Source of the DNA: Octopus vulgaris | Lineage: Eukaryota | Direction of reading: 5' to 3' | NCBI GenBank assembly: GCA_951406725.2 | Contig: OX597815.1 | Span: 141,856,001-141,920,000, forward strand | Length of the DNA: 64,000 nt | In this document: positions 55,755 through 64,000 of the stretch, in pieces | Layout of the letters: every line of letters begins with the position of its first letter | Position numbering within the stretch: the first letter of the stretch is position 1 | Position numbers and translations under genes: made by a program | Notes under the pieces: generated by a model | The model's database searches: none | Seen by the model: only the letters and a program-made list of their open reading frames with translations | Told to the model about the DNA's origin: nothing

Positions 55755-55863
55755 ATAAACACATACGAGCAAAGTGCTCTCTCTCGCTCTTTCTCTCTTT
55801 TACGATTTACAGGATCACGCTCAAAGTGGTTTCGTCACTCGCACATTCACCCACCTTTTTTGT

Positions 55864-55924
<61 letters not shown>

Positions 55925-56216
55925 ATATATATAATATATACATAGCTGTGACGAAATCATGGTATGCTTTGCTTTCTGGCTTTGTAATCATCTCATCATA
56001 ATGACTTTTATGACTTTTATTACTACCTATGTCTATCTAAATGTGTATAATTGTCGTTACCTTTCATAAAAAGGCTTTTCTTTTTTTATTTACAACGTGC
56101 ATTTTCGTTGATTTTTCTTACTTCCCCCTTACATTTCCACGTGTATTTTATATTTTCTTTTTGTAACATATTTCTACTGTGTATATATACACATATATAT
56201 ATATACATATATATAT

Positions 56217-56475
56217 ATATAATATAATTCGAGACAAAACCACTATTTTAAAACCAAACAAGGAAAGACTTAATCAATACATAAAATTTTAATATAAATT
56301 AAATAATTATTTAATTTATATTAATGTTATGTATTGATTAAGTCTTTCCTTGTTTGGTTTTAAAATAGTGGTTTTGTCTCGAATTATATTATATAATATT
56401 TTACTATAAAATTGGATTTAACCCTAAATCTGATTTTTTCCCTGTAATTTTGGATTCATTCCCTAATATTTATTA

Positions 56476-56480
<5 letters not shown>
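56217..56480. mobile_element. Fold-back element: ~89-bp near-perfect palindrome plus a one-sided tail
   Basis: Centre aaataa|ttattt at 56306/56307. Arms 56217-56306 and 56307-56394 differ by one small indel or mismatch. (TA)n on both sides. Confidence 0.85.
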
Positions 56481-56527
<47 letters not shown>

Positions 56528-56530
<3 letters not shown>

Positions 56531-56712
56531 GGTCCCGGGTTAAGTCGGGGTTAACCACAGTAAATAAGGTACTCAATACATAGCAGAGTAAATTAATTTA
56601 TTTTATAGAAGAAGCTTCTACAGGACTAGAACTGTTTCATTCAAAAGAAATCATCAGGAGCTTCCTGATGATTTCTTTTGAATGAAACAGTTCTAGTCCT
56701 GTAAACTCTTTC

Positions 56713-56716
<4 letters not shown>
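56528..56716. mobile_element. Family X hammerhead repeat with a 41-bp perfect fold-back
   Basis: Arms 56619-56659 and 56663-56703, loop gct. CTGATGA..GAAA..GTA occurs on both strands. (TA)n flanks. Confidence 0.9.
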
Positions 56717-56780
<64 letters not shown>

Positions 56781-57026
56781 CAATAAATGGTGGGGTTATG
56801 TTTGTATATGTTAATTATTACATTTTTGAAAAAAACATTGTAAATTTTTTTTTTCCCTTCCTCAATTTAGAAAAATTATTTCCACCTTTCAGTTCTTGAA
56901 AATTTGCTTTGCGATGAAACCGGTTAGATTTAATATGTTTTATTATGTTTTTTAATTTTCCATACACCCATTTTTACTAAAATTTACCTTCAATAATTTT
57001 TCCTCGCCTATATATATATATATATT

Positions 57027-57187
57027 TACGACGGGCTTCTTCCAGTTTCCGTCTACTAAATCAACACACAAAGCTTTGGTCAGCCCGAAGCTGAAGTACA
57101 CGACAGTTGCCCAAGTTGCCACGCATTGGGACTGAATCCGGACCATGTGTTTGGTAAGCAAGCTACATAGCACACAACCACTCCTGC
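57027..57187 (-). mobile_element. SINE family B, 5' half
   Basis: acgacgggcttcttccagtttccgtctac..cacacaaccactcctgc is the reverse complement of 53660-53818. Confidence 0.85.
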
Positions 57188-57551
57188 ATAAATCAAAAAT
57201 ATTAATACATTGGTATATATTTTACTCACCGCTAAGGCACATAAAGTGGATAACCTGATTTCCATGGTGTATAAATTGATAAAATAAACATTTACCAGCC
57301 AAACGGGACAGTGGTCATGCTGGATTCAAAGTAATCTAGTTGGAAGGCAAAAAACATGTTAGTATTTTATCTAGAGGACAGATGAGAGGCAAAATTGACC
57401 TAAATGGGAGTTGAATTCAAAATGTAAATGCCACTGAGCATTTTCTTCGACGTGTATGTGTGTGTCTGTGTGGTCGAGCGTGTGTATCTGTTTATACTTT
57501 TGCCTTTCGGTTGTAAACTAGCGAATTAGGCACTCATATTATGTGTGTATT

Positions 57552-57582
<31 letters not shown>

Positions 57583-57584
<2 letters not shown>

Positions 57585-57800
57585 TATAAATTAGGGTATC
57601 TACGAGATACCACCATGCTGAAAATAGCAGCCATGTTCTCACTCTAAAGAGTCAGATCATGGCTGCTATTTTCAGTATGGCGTTATCTCATAGATACCCT
57701 AATTTATAATTTTAATATTCATTACCTTTGAGGGTTATTTTTCCATGCTGGCCAATTGATAAAATCGTGATTTTATATTAAATTAACGATCTTATCCTTA
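57583..57800. mobile_element. Fold-back element: ~63-bp imperfect palindrome plus a one-sided tail
   Basis: attataaattagggtatcta.gagata...ccat.ctgaaaatagcagccatg.tct.actct and its reverse complement, loop near 57646. Microsatellite flanks. Confidence 0.8.
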
Positions 57801-59309
57801 TACATACATACATACATACATACATACATACATACATACATACATACATACATACTTACATATACATATATGTTTTAGAAATAGGCATAGCACTAATAAT
57901 ACTACTCTCAGCAAATATTTATGGATGTTAAAGGATAATGGTAAGGATTATGATTAAATGAGAAGTTGTAAGCGATACCATGGCTTATATTTCAGATAGA
58001 AAAGGTTGCTTATGCACCGAGAAGTTTTTAAAATAATAAAATCTAAGCACAAATTATTGAACCCTCAGCGATAAAATATTTCAGCTTGGTGTCTTTACTC
58101 AGAATATGTCTTTAGAAAATTTAATTAATTGGGGGATTATTATGAAACTGAAATTTGTCAGTATAGACATGTCAATATTACTCGGAATATGCCTTTGGAA
58201 ATGAAAATTATAAGTATGAATAGGATATAAAATAAGTAGTAATAATTTAAGCTCATAATATCTAAACGTAAATTGAACGGCTAGGGCAAGATACATATTT
58301 CAATACTATAATTAATCTAATTTTAGAAAATCAAATAAATTTAGTAAATGGACTATAAGTATAACCAAGCATTAAATGATTCTAATTTGTTACAATTACT
58401 CTAGATATAATGTAGAATATTAGGTAAATTTATTAAACAAAGTATAAATTGAAACATTAAATACACTGAGACTCTATAGTAACTATGGATTAATTTTAAA
58501 AATCAAACATAAATTAAAATACTTGGAAATAAAAAAATATAAATATGATATACTACTTTATATAATATAATGCTAGAATTCCATTTTAATAATAATAGCG
58601 AACGTGAAAAGTTACTCTATATCAGATAACATAACTACTTTTAATCCAAGCATTGTTATTAAACTTACAAGGATATTAGTATGAATAAAAATATAAATAA
58701 CATATACCACATTACATTCAGTAAAGATATACTTAATAATAGTAATAAAACTTTTGAGTATTGACATCCACTAAATAACTAAATAATATAATACATTTTA
58801 ATTTTATGCAAATTTTAGGAAAATATAAATTATGATTTAAGTATAATTAGTATAATTCGATATAACTGCGATTACAAAGCTAACATAATATAGTCATAAA
58901 TAGCATATGTTCGCTTATGCAATACTTAAAAATCAGTTTAATTGTGATGGTAGTAATAAAATTGAAATTCGATCTCTATTAATTAACCGCATAATACTTA
59001 TACATTTTAATGTAGATAATAATATTACATAGCTTTCAATGAAATTGATTTTGATGACGCAATACAACAAATAAATCTATATAATAATCATAAAAGTATA
59101 GAGTAAGCTCAAACATGAACATTAAGGGCACCATCTCAATATATATCTAAATGTATAAATATATATTCCAGTGATATAATTACTTGAAATAAATATGATC
59201 ATTAACAAAATTACGTTGACGTTATTTTAGTAACATACAAATATGCTTAAAATCTAATGAAATGACTTTAGAAAAAAAGAATCTCTATACACAGGTACAC
59301 ACACACATA

Positions 59310-59393
<84 letters not shown>

Positions 59394-59404
59394 TAGATAG
59401 ATAA

Positions 59405-60612
59405 CTTTCTTTATTGGCCACACAGTGCTGAACACAGAGGGGACAAATACAAATTGTAGACATTTTCTTTTCGAATATGGAAAAAGAAAAGAAAAAAAAG
59501 AAAAGGAAAAAAAACGAAACAAATGTAATATTCCGATCAAAAGGGATCGGGGTAAAATGGCTATCAAAAGAGATCGTATATCACAGAAAGGATATTTTTT
59601 TAAAAGTAAGAAACAAGATTAGATTCATGCGTGGAAAGACCACGGTAACCTCTCAGTCAGGGAGGAAATAAACACATACGAGCAAAGTGCTCTCTCTCGC
59701 TCTTTCTCTCTTTTACGATTTACAGGATCACGCTCAAAGTGGTTTCGACACTCGCACATTCACCCACCTTTTTTTGAAACTTTCATGAGACAAAACCTAC
59801 CTCTCCCTTCTCACCTTCCTTTTCAAGTGGTACTTGAAAAAGTTGATGAGCGATTGGCCAGAGAGGTAAGTGTTTGTCTCTAATCCTTTCGCTCGAGTCC
59901 ACCACACACATTCTTTCACCATGGCCACTAGTACAATGAAAACTGCGTTACCTTTCCAGTTGAGGGAAGGGGGAAGAGCGATTCGCACGATGGACTCGGC
60001 CGACAGGCGGACTCATCTGACATGCGACAGCAGCCGTTCAGCATAAGCCCACAGTTCCCAAATGGTTGGACACTGCACGAGTGCGAGCAGAACGGTTTCG
60101 TCGCTCCGACCGCATTTCGGGCAAATCGGTCCAGTGTGTCTCGAACCGTGCTTGTGGAGCTTATCCCGAACGGATAATGCTTCTCGATAGCACTGCCAGG
60201 CCAGGGATCTTCGGTGATTGTCCATAGTTCTCGGCTCGAAAGTCGGCCTGAACAGGCGGGTCAGGTGTTCATCGTCGACACCCAGATTCTGCCCGAGAAC
60301 GTCGTCGCACCTCCCCTCCACTAATTCTCAATAGAACGCCTTTGTTGTAATGAAGTCGCACAAGTTTGGTGCCGGACGGTAGAGTTGCTTGAGAGCAACG
60401 CGACACTTGCGGTGCCATTCGCCTAGCCTCGGTCTCTCTCTTTGTTCCACGACTGTAGTTCGGCCAAGGAGACGAGCTGCGGGAAAGTGTGTCGCACCAA
60501 AGGCGACCACACATGTTCATCGTCGACTATGAAGCGTCGGAGACGTCGCAGTCTCAGCGCATGTCTGCGCATCATCAACCACGGCATGCCTAGCCCTCCA
60601 TTTAGCACGCAT
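59405..60612 (-). pseudogene. L1/Tx1-clade LINE, 5'-truncated: ORF2 C-terminus with zf-RVT knuckle and 3' UTR
   Basis: NGGLGMPWL..WSPLVR..LAWQCYREALSVRDKL..CPKCGRSDETVLLALVQCP..WAYAERLL..KECVWWTR..FFKYHLKRKVRRER, with few stops and one frameshift. AATAAA near 59411-59416, then (TCTA)/(TC)n. Confidence 0.85.
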
Positions 60613-60867
60613 ACATGTGTATAACCATAAAAACATGAGCAAATATACAGTTCTATTTTTAAGAGATGAGGAATTTTATACATTATTTACATTATTTACA
60701 TTCAACGGATATTTATCCTCATCTTGTTTGTTGTTAATATAGCGTTTCGTCTGATATACCCTCCAGCATTCTTCGGGTGTCTTGGGGAAATTTCGAACCT
60801 GGGTTCTCACTTCTAAGGTATTTTTCGATGTTATTATTGTTATTATTATTATTATTATTTATTATTG

Positions 60868-60949
<82 letters not shown>

Positions 60950-60977
60950 CAGTAGTAGTATTGTTATTGTTATTTTT

Positions 60978-61049
60978 CAGGCCACTGCTTGGAATCGAAC
61001 TCGGAATCTCGGGGTTAGTAGCCCGCACTCTTAACCACTATACCACTAT
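60978..61049 (-). promoter_or_regulatory. tRNA-derived Pol III internal promoter (SINE head, not a functional tRNA)
   Basis: TGGTATAGTGG (A box) ..gcggg-ctactaa-ccccg (anticodon-like arm).. GAGTTCGATTCC (B box). No proper acceptor stem. Confidence 0.75.
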
Positions 61050-61161
61050 GCGTGGGCTACTAACCCCAAGAATCCGAGTTCGAAACTAAGCAGTAACATG
61101 AAAAATAACAATACTACTACTACTTCTACTACTACTACTAATACTACTACTACTCCTACTG

Positions 61162-61196
<35 letters not shown>

Positions 61197-61199
61197 AAT

Positions 61200-61252
<53 letters not shown>

Positions 61253-61254
<2 letters not shown>

Positions 61255-61793
61255 CCAACATTATGGAATAACAACAGAAAAAAGATGGTATAGGCACACA
61301 CCAGAAAAGGTCACAGAAAACGAGAAAGCAACCATACTCTGGGATATGCCGATACACACAGATAGAGAAATTAAGGCCAATAGACCAGATATAGTTGTCA
61401 GAGATCATGAAGAAAAAAAATGCTTTCTAATTGATGTATCAATACCGGCTGATGACAACGTGTCTCTAAAAGAAATGGAGAAACTCTCAAAATACAAAGA
61501 CCTGGAAATAGAGGTAACTAGAATGTGGAATCTGAAAACAGAAACAATTCATATCATAGTAGGTGCATTAGGCATGATAAAAAAATATTCAGAAAAATAC
61601 ATAACAAAAACACCAGGACTTACAAACACATATAACATACAGAAAATTGCACTACTAGGCACTGCACACATCCTACGCAGAACACTTTCCATACAATAAC
61701 CATCAGAGCATCACAACAAATCACAGCACATACCCAAGGCACACAGAGCTGTGCTCGGTAGTGAAGTGAAAGCACGCTATAAAAATAAAACTA

Positions 61794-61800
<7 letters not shown>
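61253..61800 (+). mobile_element. 5'-truncated R4/Dong-type LINE: uninterrupted RLE (PD-D/ExK-like) endonuclease frame 61253-61699, 3' UTR and (AAT)n tail
   Basis: WYRHTPEKVTENEKATILWDMPIHTDREIKANRPDIVVRD..CFLIDVSIP..EKLSKYKDLEIE..IIVGALG..IQKIALLGTAHILRRTL*. (AAT)n on both sides. Confidence 0.9.
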
Positions 61801-61848
<48 letters not shown>

Positions 61849-61912
61849 TTAATAATAATAATAATATCAAAAGTACCTTAGGGATGAGAACCCTGGTTCG
61901 AAATTTCCCTAA

Positions 61913-61951
61913 GACACCTGATGAAGGCTGATGAAGCCGAAACGTTGTGTT
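61913..61951 (+). ncRNA. Minimal type I hammerhead ribozyme motif (Penelope-type, palindromic stem III)
   Basis: gacac CTGATGA a-ggct-gatga-agcc GAAA cg TT gtgtt: stem I gacac/gtgtt, stem II ggct/agcc, and palindrome AACGTT in place of stem III. Confidence 0.7.
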
Positions 61952-62396
61952 AACAACCAAAAATATGAGGACAAATATCCGTCGAATCTAAATAATGTGC
62001 ATAATGAGCAAACATGTTCGCAAAAGTATTCAACACACTTTTGTATCTTAATCTAAATGATATATAATTTATAAACCTCTGACCATACTGAATACGCACT
62101 TGAAATCCAATTCAATGACTTAGGAAAATTGGCAAACATGCGTGTGTATACTTATATACAGTAACACACACAATAATATTTAAACAAAGTCATCAATGCT
62201 TGTTTGATATATATATATATATACATTAAGACACATGTATGTATGAGCACACACGTATACACATACATGGATTTGTTTCAGTTTATTTCATTTTACGTCA
62301 TATCTACTTGCTTTATTTGTGCTCGTTTATGTACCTAAAGAGGTAAGTTGGAAAGGAACATATATACCAGTACAAATACATATTGATGTGCACATT

Positions 62397-62494
62397 CACA
62401 TACATACATACATACATACATAAATACATACATACATACATACATACATACATACATACATACATACATACATACATACATACATACATACATA
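62397..62494. repeat. (TACA)n microsatellite
   Basis: Direct reading of the sequence. Confidence 0.95.
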
Positions 62495-62496
62495 CA

Positions 62497-62984
62497 AGCG
62501 AGCTATGGTTCTTAGAAAAAGACAGCCTTTAAACGTGAAAGAATTATTAACAAAGGCAAATTTTGACCTTAGCAACAAAGACCAATCATTCACTGTATAT
62601 AAGTGCAGTGACAGCGAATGTGATACATGCCAATTCATACATACCAGACAATATATGAACACAAAAACTGAAAAAAATAATCACAAACAGAACATGAACT
62701 GCAAAAGCAGAAATTTAATTTACTGCATCAAATGCCCGAATTGTAAAGAACTATAAGTGGGTCAGACTGGAAATACACGCTTGGAACATTTTCGTTTGCA
62801 CCGACAGCAAATTAGAGAATCAGACGTCCGTCAGATAACATTGAGTAACAATCTAGCAACATGTGGTCGGAAAATATTTATAATATTTTCATTCTACAAA
62901 CTACACATTCTAAGTGAAAATAAGAGAAAAATCAGAGAAAAGAACTTTATTAATAAATTCATACCGACGCTAAATAAACAATAA
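62497..62984 (+). pseudogene. Penelope-like element C-terminus: Cys-rich linker plus GIY-YIG endonuclease, one in-frame stop
   Basis: KRQPLNVKELLTKA..CSDSECDTC..MNCKSRNLIYCIKCPNCKEL*VGQTG..FRLHRQQI..RKIREKNFINKFIPTLN. The TAA at 62754-62756 replaces the Tyr of YVG. Confidence 0.85.
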
Positions 62985-63857
62985 TATTAATATTTAGAGG
63001 TACTATTTCTACTGCTACAATCACTACCACTAATAACAGCAGCAATAATAAAGGTGCTTTTGATGACGATAGCAGGGAAATACTAGCTAAGACAAGGGAA
63101 AAGTCAGTAAAAATAATATCATTTGGAGGGTTTAAAGTTGTTTTACCGCAGCCACTACTACTACCACCACCACCAATAACAAACAACAACAACGACGACA
63201 ATAATAAAGGTGATGATAATGGTGAAAATGATAATTGAAATGTAAAAATCCCTGGGAAATGTTGCCTCCAACATTCTTAAAAACAGCCCAACAAATACTG
63301 CTTTGGCCAGGGTCAAAATACTGGTCTCTTGACATGTTCATCAAAACGTGACGCGTAATTCCAAGCACCAATCAGCTAAGTAATTTAGTAAAACTACACA
63401 CTGATTGATCAAAATACAGTTTGTACAAATTAACATTCTGGTGCCTATACAAATATATTTGAGGCAGAGTTTAGCCATCTCACTACAGTTGTAAATTGCA
63501 AAACCCAAATGTTGCGACTACTAAGATATTAAGTAAAACCGGAAAACCAGACAAAGTTGGAATTTCTTTGAGTTATACTTTCTTCTATACACAATCATAC
63601 ACGTATATTTTTGTATTTCGGGATGGTCATTCTATTTATTTATCTATTTCCTTTTTTTCTTTTTTTTTTTTTGCCAAATATACACACGCACGATATACTT
63701 TTGATTTCTTCACTCGTTTGTTATTAGTCTAATTTATATGTCTATTGTCCGGAAATCGTTCGTCACATATCTGTGAACACTTCAGCGACACTTATCGCTT
63801 CGTGTGTGTTCTTGCTCCACTTACTCCATTCTCGACAAATAGACAAAGAGATTGACA

Positions 63858-64000
63858 GACAGACAGACTGATAGATAGATAAATAGATACATAGATAGAT
63901 GAAGAGATGAAGATGTAGTCAGTCAGACAGTCAAACAAACAAATAGAAAGACAGATAGATTGATAGATAGCTAAATAGATAGATACATAGATAAATAGAT
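63858..64000. repeat. Degenerate (GATA/GACA)n tract
   Basis: Direct reading of the sequence. Confidence 0.85.

Larger units (their letters stand above)
60647..62003. mobile_element. Head-to-head inverted dimer of a tRNA-headed SINE with a hammerhead-containing tail; right arm interrupted by a Dong insertion
   Basis: 60690-60830 is the reverse-complement homologue of 61865-62000, and 60960-61027 of 61050-61115. Mirrored (AGT)n/(ACT)n and (ATT)n/(AAT)n tracts. Flanks atgagcaaatat and atgagcaaacat. Confidence 0.8.

Noticed and set aside
60978-61049. tRNA gene with ACT anticodon
   Set aside because: No paired acceptor stem or Pol III terminator, and it is embedded in a repeat; treated as a SINE head.

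Overview
AT-rich, microsatellite-saturated animal genomic DNA. Its SINE families and (TA)n/(AAT)n load match my recollection of octopus (Octopus sp.) genomes; the organism call is an inference. I find no recognisable intact host gene, only a weak chain of minus-strand exons near 456-1972, so the window is probably intronic or intergenic. Almost all long ORFs in the track are microsatellite artefacts. The real content is layered transposons: three tRNA-derived SINE families, R4/Dong-type RLE LINE fragments stacked in (TAA)n, an L1/Tx1 3' end, a CR1-like 3' end, two Penelope-like GIY-YIG fragments, two Tc1/mariner fossils, one non-autonomous Helitron and two Helitron helicase fossils. The most interesting signal is a set of small fold-back (palindromic) elements carrying type I hammerhead ribozyme motifs. 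One ~140-bp family occurs three times beside (TA)n (3.3, 39.0, 56.5 kb); two copies are perfect snap-back hairpins that turn at the ribozyme's own stem I. A separate tRNA-headed SINE with a minimal hammerhead in its tail forms a ~1.35-kb head-to-head palindrome with a putative 12-bp TSD (60.6-62.0 kb). Together these suggest non-autonomous ribozyme retroelements mobilised by Penelope-like enzymes. All calls were made by eye; no database searches were run.
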